A DNA stretch of 63,984 bases, counting the filler, from Phoronis australis (lineage: Eukaryota > Animalia > Phoronida): the NCBI GenBank assembly GCA_002633005.1. It is 7 parts of 7 records of this genome, joined end to end, with 100 filler letters (N's around TTAATTAATTAA, not from the genome) between each part and the next. Parts side by side here need not be neighbours in the genome. Positions count along the whole stretch, not along the records: positions 35,088 to 62,715 come from NMRA01000247.1; 6 more parts are not named here. One strand, 5' to 3'. The notes beneath the pieces are model-generated. The model was not told the origin of the DNA and ran no database searches. It saw only the letters and a program-made list of their open reading frames with translations. The position numbers and the translations under genes were made by a program. Shown piece by piece: positions 49,444 through 62,069 of this stretch (position 1 is the stretch's first letter; each line of letters starts with the position of its first letter).

Positions 49444-52400
49444 TGCCCCCCACTGATGTGTGACTCCATTGTCCAACAATATTTGTCAATGAAACAACAC
49501 AGGTCACCTACTTCCCAACCACATCCAATGCATGAACAAGTGACATGACCCACAGGTTAACCCTTTCCTTATTTATCCCAGAGTTGTTCATGCAAGGAAA
49601 CTGTGTTGACCTTTTCAAAGTTCAACACATGAAAGGGACATAATCAGTTTTACAACAGTATCAAAGAACACATTTTGGTATTAATGTTGGATAGCATAGA
49701 CTTTGCGAAGTTATTACTTTTGACCAGAGCCAGGAAGCTACAAAATTTCTTGTTTTGGTAATTTTATTATGAATCACCACTTTTTGCCGTTGTTTGCCAA
49801 CTATTCGCTGAAATCAAGGCCATACTAGTTGAACACACTTTCCTCAGCCAATAAATGAGCCAGTAATACATTGGGCTGCAATAAGTGAAGTTGTGAAATT
49901 TATCACCGGGATTGTCTCAAAAACCCTTTTCTCACTGATGATGTCACTTTAAATGGGCTAGATGAGCTACTAGACAAGTTGTCATACACAAACATGGAAC
50001 ACCTTCAATGAATTAAGGAAAATCCAAGGCACAGTTTCATGAAAGTTAAAGTCTCGCGCTCAATAGTTGGCATGATGTCACCAGCATTGTTCAACAGGCG
50101 CAACATTACATGTGACAGAATGACAGCTTTGTTATTTTGGTTAATTTAAGACTTAAATAAGCTAAGACTTAAATCATAGTTTCATGAAATGGAGCCCAGT
50201 AGATGACAGGGAACCAACCGCTTCTCTCAGTGAATTCATCTCCTTTGCCCATGCCAAGCTATATGTAAAATTCACAACCTTCACATAACTCACCTGTACA
50301 AATTCATCTTGGTAAGTGCCAGACAGACAGGCTATCTGTGTGGGAGTCCCTATAGGGCAGTAGTGTCCAGGGGTACACTGATAGTCAGCAGGGGCACTGA
50401 CATTCTGACCTTCTGGACACAGGCCAGACCACTGTGTTAGCCCAGATAGTTGGCAGTAGGATCCTACATAAAATTGATGTGGTCTGGTTAATCAAGTGAC
50501 TGAGTAACTTATACTTGGAAGTGAAATAGTGCAAATTGGAACAGGTGAGCTACTAGGGGTCACAATTACTTTCATGTTGTACAAGAGTCTGACATTTCAA
50601 TTCTTACCGGTCATTTAAAATGCCACAGAGGGACTGCCAAATAGTCTTGAAATTTTTGTCATATCAAGCACTAGTCAGAATTCTACCTACCCATTTTGGA
50701 GCCTAAGCGTAGACATATAATTAGACATAGTTAGAGCCATACAAAATGAGTCCAGAAAATTGGCAACAAATTAAATAAAAAATCACTTCTTTATGAATCC
50801 ACCTTAACTCAAAAAGTTTCTTTTAAATTCTTTCAGTGGTTTTAGAAATTTTCAGTGAAACAGAAAATTAATACTGAAAACTGATTAGCTGTCACTGAGT
50901 AAGAAGCCAAAACAATGTTTCTGATTTTACCTTTACCAAAATAAAGATTCCCCAATTTTCTTGGAGAGATATTTTCATGATTAATAACTTGTTCCCTATA
51001 CGTCTCTACAGCTGGGCTACCCAACCCCAGCCATATGTAGAAGCTAAACTGTATCAATGACTAATCCAAGGCCTAAAATACCTTCGTCCAGTTGTGACAT
51101 GACTTTGAGACTTGAGCAGAACTGGCTGGTCATTATCATTTCGACCAGGTCCAGTTCAGTTGCTTGTCGGATTTAGCTTCAGTCGCCAAGGCAGTATGGT
51201 GATGTCAGGAATTTCAGGTAAATTAATTAAACCAATTTCAATTCAAACAGAGGATATGAGTGCTGTAGAATTGTTTCAGAACAGTAAATGCGCCAACAAA
51301 GAAAGTTTCAACACCAGAACATGGTTGATAGCGACTTAAGAATTCTCAATCATTTTGATAGACAGATCAATGTGAGCTTGCATTTTGTATTTGTTTACAA
51401 TAATCATATCTTACATTAATAATAATAATAATAATTGTAATGATAATAATCAACACATGATTGTAATCACAAACCTGTAGTGCAGAGTTGGCAGTCTCCA
51501 AATGCCACGTTGCCTGTGGCGTTTGAGAAGTAACCTGCAGGACATAGCTCAGGTTTGCCAGTGCCTTGTGGACAGTAGTGACCTCTGGTGCACTTGTCTC
51601 CAGTGGTGCTATCTGTTGGTCTTGCAGTCAATGCACCCAATGTGCAGTAATAGCCCTGGTCACAAGGTCCAGAGACCTTGGCTAGGCCATATGTCTCGCA
51701 GTAAGATCGGCTGTCATGAAGAAAATTTAATTACTCAAACGTAACCTCACAGCACGTCTCATCTGCAAGCTTTCAGTGTATAAAGTTGTCAGGTGTAGCA
51801 TAATCTAAACCATTCCAACTTATACCCTGTGTAACATTGATAAAACAAATTGCAACGAAATCTTGTGAAAAATTTCCCTCACTACATCAAAGCAGCACTG
51901 TGGAAAACCATTTATTTTGAAAATGTTTTATGAGAACACTATTTAACATGGCTTAACACTTCTAAATAGCATGTCACCTCACAGTCGTGATGACACTCAT
52001 TAGATACAATATTTGGCATTTTCCGTACGACGATATATCTATATATAGGTATAGCTAGAGAGACACTTTTTTTGGTGCCAACTGGGACCTTCCTCAGAAT
52101 TTTAAGGTACTGGACATGTTTTTTCAATAGCCTAAAACCATAAAGGCGTATGCAGTGAAGATTTCTTTCATTCACTGTGACTATTCAGCACTAACTTAAT
52201 TAATTGATGCAAAAATTGGTTATCTGTTGAAAAAATACAGATTTTATCTGACCTTGTCCGCATTACAAAGTCTTTCTTTACTTAAAGTTGAGATGGAATG
52301 AGTTACCCTAAAGGGCTTAGTTGACACATACTTCATCCTAACACAATGTGCGATTTTAGTTCTAGTCTAACTGAGAAATTCAGCCAACGAGCGAGTGGCC

Positions 52401-52723
52401 TTCAGGTCGGATTCTTGGTTCGAAATGTGGAAATTCGAAAATTTAAGACGTATTTTGAGTACATTGAACGGAAGATGAGATGGAGACAATTGACAAGATA
52501 TCAGTGCCTATCCACAAAGCCTTGGAGTTTGATGGGAAAGCCTATGCATTTAAATTTATTCAAAAATACAGAAAACATGCCAAAAACTTTGCAAAAACTC
52601 TACTAATATGAGACAAACTTGGTATCAAATGAGCGTAGTTGTGATTGTCCTTCTAATGACAGTGCATATCTATTGACTTGCTTTATTTAGCATGCAAGCA
52701 AACAAGACAAAGTATTTCAACAT

Positions 52724-54157
52724 CACGGGTGATAAACAACATGACCGCCGGTCCTCCAAATCGGACCGACTCACCCAAAACAGGACTGACGTACCCAAAA
52801 ACATGACTGCTCCACCACAAAATAGGACTGACGCACCTAAAAACATGACCGCCCCACCACAAAACAGGACTGCCGGGGACTGAGTAGTTAAGGCCTTTGT
52901 GTGATACTGCGGGCTATGACGTAACCGGTCATATAGCTGTGTAAAGACTATCGCCAAAATAAAGCTTGACAGCTTTGCGTTATTGAGCTCCATTACATCC
53001 CCGAAATTTCCCACAGCCCAGGTAGTTCTGCTCGTCACCTCGTCGTGAAACTTACATCAACATGTAGTAGAGCGCGCGACTGACGCAAGCGCATGCAAAA
53101 TCTAGGCGTCAATCAACACTCACCTTACAGTTTGCAACTGCTTGAGTGAAAAACAATCTAATGAACTGTTGTAACAATAAGTCTGTCGCCCTTGTGACAT
53201 GTGCACGCGCCATTTCCTCAGAAAAATTTTGCGACATCTTTCGAAAGATGATGACAACTTGGCAGCAACAAGATTTGTTATGAAATTCGGTTTGCTGGTA
53301 TCAAAATACTAAAAACTTATAAGGAAATGAAACCAGTTTCGATAATTCTTTGTGCCAGATACGCAACCTTGTAGAAGAACAGTTGACTGAACAATCAGGG
53401 GAAAAGGAACCGGCCAATGTAAGCCAACTTAAGAGAACGCAGAATAACGACAGAACAACAATTTTTCTCAAGCGCCGATGAAATAATTTAATTTACTCAA
53501 GGAAGAGTGTCGTTAATAACACAAATTCGCCGGGTGAAGATTTTACATGTTCAGTTTTTTTACCCACATCGGCGCAAAGCTGTATATTTAGTATAAAGCT
53601 TTGCCACACAAAGGCAGCTAGTATGATGATGCTTCACCCGACAACGCCCGTTTTTTTACTTGACTAACTTTAAACGTCAAATTAGAGAAAATGATTTTCA
53701 TTTTGTTCTAAAACTTACACATTGGATAAAATCATAATCATTTAGCTCAAAAGCGTACAACGAGGTTGTTTTGTGTTAGATTTATTAAATGTTGACCTTT
53801 CAACTGTTTATAAGTTACATACCGCAGCTGGTAACCTGGTGATGAGTAAAACTCAAAAGCGCCGCGTATTACAAAGCAAAGTGTCCTCTGTTGCTCACAA
53901 AAGATTTCGGTGGATTAATCGGCACAAGACCTGCATATGCATACGTATATAGCACCATTGTATGATCTGTGTAGGCCTAACGGTAATAAATCTTAGCCTG
54001 TTTGTCATTGCAGTTTTAGTCCCTGGCGGTCCTGTTTTGTGGTGGGGCGGTCATGTTTTTAGGTGCGTCAGTCCCATAAAGTTCTGGTGCGGCAGTCCCA
54101 TTTGATCCCCGGAGGTCCTGTTTAGAGGATGGGTGGTCATATTGTTTCTCACCCGTG
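52724..54157. mobile_element. Non-autonomous DNA transposon, CAC...GTG termini and 5-bp TSD (Transib-like)
   Basis: TIR CACGGGTGA(T/G)AAACAA(C/T)ATGACC; AACAT at 52719-52723 and 54158-54162; 42-bp subterminal repeats mirrored at both ends. Confidence 0.85.
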
Positions 54158-57100
54158 AACATGTCGTCTAAAATATTTCATGACGTTTTGAGTAGCAATT
54201 TTACAAATTTGCTTGTTAGTGAACACTTCAGTCTACAAATACGATAATTGAAAAAATGAAAAGGCTGCAAATTAATGAATGTACACAACAGAGTTGTGAT
54301 CAGCCTTAATGGACATTTTCAACAATGAAATGTTGACATATTAGCTTTTCTTAAATCGCAATACTTCTGGACCAAATAAACAAGTTGCTTGAGACAACAT
54401 CAATTGATTTCAATTACGTGGCAAATTTGTATCTGGATATTAAAAGCTTTAAAACAATGATTTCTCTTCAGCCCTGAATGAACTCAAATTAAATTTTCCA
54501 TGCTAAATTCATAGTCTATGGCCTAGGAAAGAGTATTTCAAGATTTTTTAATTTTCCTTCAAACAAAGAAAACATGAAGACTTGGGATGTTTTTAAAGAG
54601 GCGCTTCGATGGCTGATATGTGTTATATGAGGGTAAAGCAATCATCTGAGACACTAATCTGCATGTAAAGTCCCTAGAATAATTAAACATGAAGTCTACT
54701 TTCCATTTTTCACAAAAAATGGCCACCACGTCATGTTGTAAGACACGAGTTCAGATTTTTTTCAGGCATTGAGAATTCATAAACTATATAACTTGATGAG
54801 TCCAAAGATAATGGTTAATTTAATAAGTTCTTTGATGAAAAGGAAGACGACTTCACAAAAGATGACAAATCAAAAAGATATCACTGCTAAGATATTAAAC
54901 CCAAATATCACTGTTTTATTACCTGTAGTACAGGGTACAGGCTCATTGGATCCTTCTGGGCAGTATTGTCCGGGCTGACACTGCCCCCCAGTGGCATTCA
55001 CTGAACAGTAGCAGTTATTTGTGACCGATGCATTAGAATATGTGATGTTGCCAATATCAGTGGGTTGTGCAGCCCAGGCACCACGCACACAGTACCAGCC
55101 TTCAGCACACGGGCCAGTAGGATTGGTGAGGCCAGGCGTGGCGCAGTAATAGCCAGGTGGACAGAGCATGCAGTCAGAGCTACTCTATTTTCCTGCAAGT
55201 GCAAGTTCAAAAGCATTCTCACAAATGCCGCAGAGCTCTCTTAAGATAAAGATAATTATGCAGTCAGTCAACATACCTCACCTGAGGCAACAAATTGCAG
55301 TGTTCAATTATGAGATTATCACGAGCATGCACACTGGAACCAAAAGAAGGTTGATACACTTTGAAGCTTTTTTCCCAGGAAAAGTCAAAATGTGCTAGCA
55401 CTTTCAATGTTTCTCCACTGACAAGTAAAACATCTATTAATGTAACAACTACTGCATAATATAAGCACGCATCACAGCAAGTGTTAACATACTTACAAAT
55501 TCTTTAACAATTAATACCATGTTGGACAAAATGTTAAAATTACATTTTACAAACGAAATGACAATCCTTCAAGGCATTTAGGAGATATTGAGGTGAAAGC
55601 TGAATGTCTGCCCAGACTGAGATCATAGCAATACGCACCATAGAGCTTAGAAAGCACACCATACTAACCTGTCACATTGTTGAAGTAACCTTTATCACAA
55701 AGGACCTCGTTTCCTTACTTAGTCCCCAGAGGGCAGTAGTGTCCAGTGAAACACGAGGTGCCTGAAAAATCAGTGGCAGGAGTTCTCCAGGCAGTAGTAT
55801 CCAGTGGGACAGGTGATGCACTCGGCAAGACCTGTTGATGGGTTGTAGGTACCTGCTGGACATCCCAAGGGATACGATGTTCCATTTGGACAGTAGTGAC
55901 CAATTGGACAGGGTCCTCTCGTAGAGTCCAGTGTGGGATTATTGGGTGCACCAGGACCCTCAAGACAGTAGAAGTCGCCCCAGCATGGACCTGCAATAGT
56001 AGAAAAGGAAGTATTCAACTGTGAGAAATAGTTGGATCAAGCCTTATTTGTATAACACTGAAAGGACAATCAATTGTACAATCATAGTGGGCAAAACTGT
56101 AATAAAAAGTACGGAAAAAAGTTTCTAAAATTGATGCAAAAACAGGTAAGCAACAAAACAAAATCAGCATTATTTTTGAGATTGATTTGTGTCCAAAGAA
56201 GAACAGCACACTGTGGAGACATCAGGGAAATGACGAAAAGTATAAATGGTGCAGACTTGGCACATGCTTAACTTCTAGTTTATTAAACAAAATAGTTGTT
56301 CACTCTTGTCAAGGAGATTTTTCATAAATAAAGAAAAAAATGGGTTATGCAACAGGCACGCTGATATCTTAAAGGAACACTAATAATTCGTTTTAGGGCC
56401 GTAGTATTTGTGTGTTTTTATTACAAATCACCAGTTCTTGTCAGACATTTGCTATAACTAAGGTGGATGTCTTAACAATTTGCACACACTTAACATTCTC
56501 TGCTATTCATCAGTTGGACTTGGCTCAGCAACACAGCATTTAGCTCATTGCAGAACTAGTAGATTTGATTCTGCAGTACAGCTAATTTCTGGAAAAAACA
56601 AAACTAAAAGCAATGAGTCTACATGTCCTCACAGCTCCCCTTGTTTAGGTCATAGGTCACTAAATGCTGATTGGCTGATCCCACTTACCAGTCGGCTCAG
56701 TGAGTCCCCCTGTACCGCAATACATTCCTAAGCTGCAATTGGTGCTTTGTGTTGTCACTAAATGTCCCGACTGGACAAGGCAGTGGGGTCGTCGTCCTCT
56801 TTGGACAGTAATGACCAGCTGGGCATGGTCCAGAAGTCCCTTTGCTGTTGACGTCCGGCATAGCTGTGTCTGAGCCGAGTGTGCAGTAGTAGCCACGGCT
56901 GCATTCACCAGACACAATTGTAGAGTTGATCTGGTCGCAGTAATAACCACCATTTCATTGGATAACTTCTGCTGAGCACTATAGGTGCCCGTAGGACATG
57001 GCTGCCAGACAACACCTATAAAAGAAATGATTCGCTGATACCAGGTGGAATACATCACTCATGACGAATTTATTCCTGCTGAAAATTCAAGCCAAAACCC

Positions 57101-57613
57101 AATTAAATTTGTTAACTGAAGCGCAAATTTCAATTACCCCATTCCCTGCCAACAGAGCCAGCTGGCTGGCCTGCCTCAGTTAAGATGGCATCATAAAATT
57201 CTCCAACTGAATAGGACTACTTGTGACCTTCTTTTTGACCGGGATTTTCATGTGGAGGAACCAGAAACCTCTTAAACGGTAGTTACATTGGCTGAGAACG
57301 AATTTTGTAGAAACGATACATCCCAATAGGTTGGTTGCACTTACATTGCAATTATTTTACATAAATGAAGTAATATGAAAGATAAGCAATATATCTAATC
57401 ACACAAGTTTTTATTTTTAAAACATGCATACAAATAGATATAATAGGAAAAAGGAAACAACTTTACCCAGAAAATAAACATGACTGTACAATACTCTAGT
57501 TTATAAAAAATAATATTGAGAACCTAGGGACAAAGTGAGATCTGTTAAAAAATACACATCTGTAAATGCTGCGCATCAGAATATATAAATACCTCAACTT
57601 ACATAATATACAC

Positions 57614-60490
57614 ATGTTTAGGTTGGTTTACTCCATTTGCAAAGAGAGATTTGGGGAAGAGGAGAGGAGAAAACCCAGAGAACCAGCAGGCCCAAGTAGA
57701 AGACAGATAGAGATTTCTCAAATCAGGCAGGAATTGCGACATATGAAGAAGTTGTGGAAGAAGGCTGTTCAGCAGGAGAAAGAAGGTTTGGCACAGCTTC
57801 GGTTCGAGTTAAGGTCTAGGCTTTTGAGATTAAGCAAAGCTGAACGTCTGAGGAAGAAGAGAGCCGAGCGTACACGCACAAGAGAGAGGTTTATGGCTAA
57901 CCCTTTCAAGTTTGTAAAGGGCATTCTGGGGAAGGAGGCCTGTGGGCGTCTGAAGTGTACACAGGAGGAGCTGGAAAACCATCTGAAGGACGTGCACAGT
58001 GACGGGGCCAGGAATGCACAGTTGGCGGACTTCGATTGGCTGGATGTTGAGGATGCACCAAGTGTAGCCTTGGAAATGGGGGACATCAAGTTCTCAGAGG
58101 TGAAGAATGTCATAGAAAAGTCAAGATCAGGGTCAGCCCCAGGGCCGTCGGGTCTGCCTTATAAAGTGTATAAGAAGTGTCCAAGGCTGTTGAGGCGTCT
58201 GTGGAAGCTTCTGAGAGTTATATGGAAACAGAAGATTCTGCCTGACACTTGGGGTAAAGCAGAAGGGGTGTATATCCCGAAGGTGAAGGGAGCCATCAGG
58301 ATCGGTGATTTTCGTCCCATCTCGCTTCTAGATGTGGAAGGGAAGATCTTCTTTGCAGTCATTTCAGCCAGGATGACGAGTTATCTCCTGAGCAACAAGT
58401 TTGTGGATCCAACAGTACAGAAGGGTGGAATTCCTGGATATGCAGGGTGTCTGGAGCATAATAGCGCCATAACAGAGCTCATTAAAGATGCTAAGCGAAA
58501 CAAGGCTGATTTAGCAGTGGTATGGTTGGACATGGCAAATGCCTATGGATCGATGCCCCATGCACTAATTGAATTGGCAATGGAGACCTACCATATCCCT
58601 AGAGAACTTCGAGATCTCATTACAAGTTACTTCCGTGGGACTTATATGAGGTTCACAGTCAACGACTTCACTACAGGTTGGCAGCCGCTCGAGAAGGGGA
58701 TAATGACAGGGTGCACCATATCGATCATCCTTTTCATCATGGCTATGAATGTCATCATCAAGCGGGCTAGTAAAGAGTGCAGAGGACCTTTGTTGCAAGG
58801 TAAAAGGATGCCACCTTGCAGAGCATTTGTGGACGATTTGACGATTACGACAGGGTTTGCGGTAGGTGCCGCTTGGGTGGTCAAGACACTGGGCGAGCTG
58901 GCTAATTGGGCACGCATGAGTTTCAAGGTGGAGAAGTCCCGTAGCCTTGTCATTGTTAAGGGAAAAATCAACCAACATCATACGTTCAAGATAGGTTCAG
59001 AGGCCATTCCATCTGTGAGCAGAAAACCAGTTAAGTACTTAGGGAAGTTCTACAGCGGGTCTTTGAAAGATGTGGAGCATGTAAAGGCAGCCATCAAAGA
59101 GCTGAGTGACAATTTGATCAAGATTGAGAAGAGCGGTCTCCCGGGCAGATTCAAAATCTGGTGCTACCAGTTTGGACTTTTCCCTAAAGTTATGTGGCCA
59201 CTGACAACGTACGATTTCTCAATTTCAACTGCAGAGAAAATGGAAAGGATGGTGAGCAGATGGTTAAGAAAGTGGTTGGGTGTCCCACCAAGTTTTGCAA
59301 GACTCGGCTTATACATCAAAGGAGGCGCAGTTTTTCTGCCTGTGACATCGATTGTGGAGGAGTTCACGGTGATAAAGTACAAAACATTATTGACTCTGCG
59401 GAACTCGAGAGATGAGATGATCAGAGAGAGTGAATTATCGGTAGATTCTGGAAGAAAGTGGAAGGCTGCTGTAGCACTGGAGGAGGCAGAGAGCAGGTTA
59501 CGGCATACAGATATCGTGGGAACCGTCTGCCATGGAAGACAGGGATTGGGAATGGTTCCGGGGAAGAGGTGTAAGTTGTCAACAGGCAAAGAGAGGCGCA
59601 AAATGGTTTTGGATGAAGTTAGATCCCAGGAGAACGAGAGAAGGTATGCTGAAGCGGTCGGACTGAGGAGACAGGGTGCATGGATATCATGGGAAGGAGT
59701 GAACAGCAGAAGGATAACTGGTAAAGACCTTCTGTCTTCAGACCAATTCAGATTGGGCTTTTTACCTGGTTCCATATATGACACTCTCCCAACACCTGTA
59801 AATCTTCGAATGTGGGGCAAAACTGAGGATGACAGCTGCAGGGGCTGTGGCAAGCGGTGTACCTTAGAACACGTTCTATCCAGCTGTAGAGAAGCTCTCA
59901 CTTCAGGGAAGTACACTTGGCGCCATGATAAGATTCTCAAGTGTATTGCACATGTTTTAGATCTGGAGAGAAGGAAGGCGACTAACTCTGGCAAAGCACT
60001 CATTCGATTCAACAAAGGCAGGGTATCCACTAAGAGGCGTGATTCAGGTATTCTAGGTATGGCTGTCGACTGGAAGATGGAGACGGATGTGGTAACTAGG
60101 GGTTCATTCCCAAGCCATATTGCAGTAACCCAGTTACAACCAGACATAGTGTTGTGGGCAGACAGCAAGAAGATAGTGACTTTGATCGAGTTAACGGTGC
60201 CGTGGGAGACTAGGATGCAAGAGGCTCACGAGAGGAAACTACTCAAGTACGCAGAGCTATCGCAGGAATGTGCAGCGAATGGCTGGAAATGCTTCCGTCT
60301 CCCCATAGAAGTTGGATGTCGGGGGTTTATTGCTGGAAGCATGTGGCGGATGACGAAGCTACTGGGCATTTCATCAAAAGGGCGAGCTGATATGTTTAAG
60401 TCTACTGTAAGAGCAGCAGAGGAAGCAACCGTGTGGCTGTGGTTACAGCGTGAGAACAAATGGCAACCCCAGCGTTGGCTGGAGGTCTGA
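57614..60490 (+). CDS. Hero retrotransposon RT-CCHC-RLE polyprotein lacking the N-terminal zinc finger
   Basis: Uninterrupted ORF: FRPISLL, WLDMANAYGS, AFVDD, CRGCGKRCTLEHVLSSC, YTWRHD, QPDIVLW...IELTVPWE...ERKLLKY. Confidence 0.93.
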   Translation: MFRLVYSICKERFGEEERRKPREPAGPSRRQIEISQIRQELRHMKKLWKKAVQQEKEGLAQLRFELRSRLLRLSKAERLRKKRAERTRTRERFMANPFKFVKGILGKEACGRLKCTQEELENHLKDVHSDGARNAQLADFDWLDVEDAPSVALEMGDIKFSEVKNVIEKSRSGSAPGPSGLPYKVYKKCPRLLRRLWKLLRVIWKQKILPDTWGKAEGVYIPKVKGAIRIGDFRPISLLDVEGKIFFAVISARMTSYLLSNKFVDPTVQKGGIPGYAGCLEHNSAITELIKDAKRNKADLAVVWLDMANAYGSMPHALIELAMETYHIPRELRDLITSYFRGTYMRFTVNDFTTGWQPLEKGIMTGCTISIILFIMAMNVIIKRASKECRGPLLQGKRMPPCRAFVDDLTITTGFAVGAAWVVKTLGELANWARMSFKVEKSRSLVIVKGKINQHHTFKIGSEAIPSVSRKPVKYLGKFYSGSLKDVEHVKAAIKELSDNLIKIEKSGLPGRFKIWCYQFGLFPKVMWPLTTYDFSISTAEKMERMVSRWLRKWLGVPPSFARLGLYIKGGAVFLPVTSIVEEFTVIKYKTLLTLRNSRDEMIRESELSVDSGRKWKAAVALEEAESRLRHTDIVGTVCHGRQGLGMVPGKRCKLSTGKERRKMVLDEVRSQENERRYAEAVGLRRQGAWISWEGVNSRRITGKDLLSSDQFRLGFLPGSIYDTLPTPVNLRMWGKTEDDSCRGCGKRCTLEHVLSSCREALTSGKYTWRHDKILKCIAHVLDLERRKATNSGKALIRFNKGRVSTKRRDSGILGMAVDWKMETDVVTRGSFPSHIAVTQLQPDIVLWADSKKIVTLIELTVPWETRMQEAHERKLLKYAELSQECAANGWKCFRLPIEVGCRGFIAGSMWRMTKLLGISSKGRADMFKSTVRAAEEATVWLWLQRENKWQPQRWLEV

Positions 60491-60594
60491 TCAGCCTTCA
60501 GAGACCTACCATCGGAGAGGGTTCTAGGTCAAGGTCGAAACCCACGATGAAGATCGACTCCTAGCTGACGACGACGCTGGGTAGCAGATACTAC
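57621..60594 (+). mobile_element. Hero-type non-LTR retrotransposon B, 5'-truncated with intact 3' end
   Basis: ORF above; CATGTTTA direct repeat at 57613-57620 and 60595-60602; ~100-nt 3' UTR with no poly(A). Confidence 0.92.
60510..60578 (+). ncRNA. Putative non-circularly permuted hammerhead ribozyme in the Hero 3' UTR
   Basis: Core motifs GUU (60521-23), GAAA (60537-40) and CUGACGA (60565-71); stem I CUAGG/CCUAG, stem III GGGU/ACCC plus CAUCG/CGAUG, stem II GUC/GAC; folded by hand. Confidence 0.7.
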
Positions 60595-61607
60595 CATGTT
60601 TACAAGTAAGTGAGCTTCCAAGTTAACAAAATATGATCAACAAAATACTTATTGTTGAAGGTAAAAACATACCAGAACCATTGTGATGATAGAAAAAATT
60701 ATGCATACCTTTAATCGCATTTGTTTGGGACAAAATATGAGTACGAACTTTAAAATCAGCGCATATGTGAACAACAGCAACAACACCAACAACAAAATAC
60801 TTGTAATTGGAGGTAAAAACAGACCAATACAATTCTGATAATAGAAGAAACCGATGCATATCTTTAATCACACTAGTTTTTAGCCAAAATATGCTTTTAA
60901 GGGGCCTTCAACAACAGGATGCAATACAGTACAATATAATACATAAAACAATAATTAGATACAGGTAACAAAGCAGTAATTAAAAACAGGTTATGGGTGA
61001 AATTTTGACCAGGAGAGATTAAATAAAGAGACAGAAAAACCACAATTACCCAGCATCACACTGGCCTGATGGTGCTGTCAATGCTGTTCCATTGCAGTAG
61101 TATCCTGGAGAGCACGCCTGACAATTGGCAGCCTCCTCCAGCCCTGTACTGTCTGACCACGAGCCCAGAGGACACTCCACAGGTGACGTGGTGCCATATG
61201 GGCAGTGATGACCCTTTGGACAGCCTGAACCTGTCATGCCATCTGTTGGTATGGGAATGCTTGATCCACTGATGCATAAGTAGCCAGCATCACAACTTCC
61301 TGTAGGAAATTAAGAGAAAAACATGAAATAGAAATATGATCTTCAGAAACATTATAAATTATGGACAAACTGCAGCACAAAATTTGCATAACTTACATTG
61401 TGTATTTAGGTACATCAGCCAATATATTTAATAACCTAAATGTTGAATCATATACATGCACTTATAAGTGAAAGACTATTAGACAAAAGTCAAGTAAAAC
61501 AAAGGAGAATTTTTAAAAAATATAATGAGAGTGAAATTTGACTTATTCATTATAGAATGGTAGAAGTTAACATGCGTTCAATGTCTAACAGTAACTACAA
61601 AATGAAG

Positions 61608-61675
61608 AGTATTAAGTGGTAAGAGCACAAGACTAGCAATCTATAGACCTGTGGTTTGATTCCCAGTTGGGGTTC
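61608..61675 (+). mobile_element. tRNA-derived SINE-like relic
   Basis: AAGTGGTAAGAGC and GGTTTGATTCCC at tRNA-like spacing. Confidence 0.35.
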
Positions 61676-62069
61676 ATGATGTTTCTGTGTATATTTTGTA
61701 TAAAAGTATTAATAATGGACAAAAAGGCAACAATAACACCCAGTTTCAGACATTGTCATATAGAAGAAATAGCTGGCTATGTCTATAAGAGAAGTTTAGA
61801 AGCATCTGCGAAACATCTGAGCAAAAACGGCATTTTGAAAAACACATGCATACATGGCAATGAGAAGCCCTTTCCAGGAAAAAGCATGTCAAAACCTTTT
61901 ATTCCCTGCAAGAATATATTACTTGAATGATTATTTACGAATCATTCAATAACCACATTGTAAGAGGTACAAGTTAGAAAATGTGAAATTATAAAGAAAT
62001 GGATCCGACCTTCAATGAAATCACAAAAACATCTCATAAATGAATTCCTTTTATTGGTAATACAACTTA

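Larger units (their letters stand above)
37008..61299 (-). pseudogene. Large Cys-rich GCC2/GCC3 (ephrin-receptor-like) repeat protein gene, partial and decayed. Exons: 61050-61299, 56689-57015, 55669-55990, 54923-55192, 51475-51710, 50294-50463, 47297-47463, 46458-46702, 45776-46039, 45218-45427, ~44231-44520, 38166-41109, 37008-37125
   Basis: Continuous CPxGxYC / CxxGTY repeats between AG/GT sites; in-frame stops at 40916, 55185 and ~55717; frameshifts near 55780, 56745 and 56953. Confidence 0.85.

Noticed and set aside
49368-49553. Poly-Cys and poly-Val ORFs, also the VC-repeat ORFs at 34515-34890
   Set aside because: Microsatellite translations
59164-60168. 334-aa antisense ORF within Hero B
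   Set aside because: Shadow of the sense ORF with no recognisable domain and a non-ATG start
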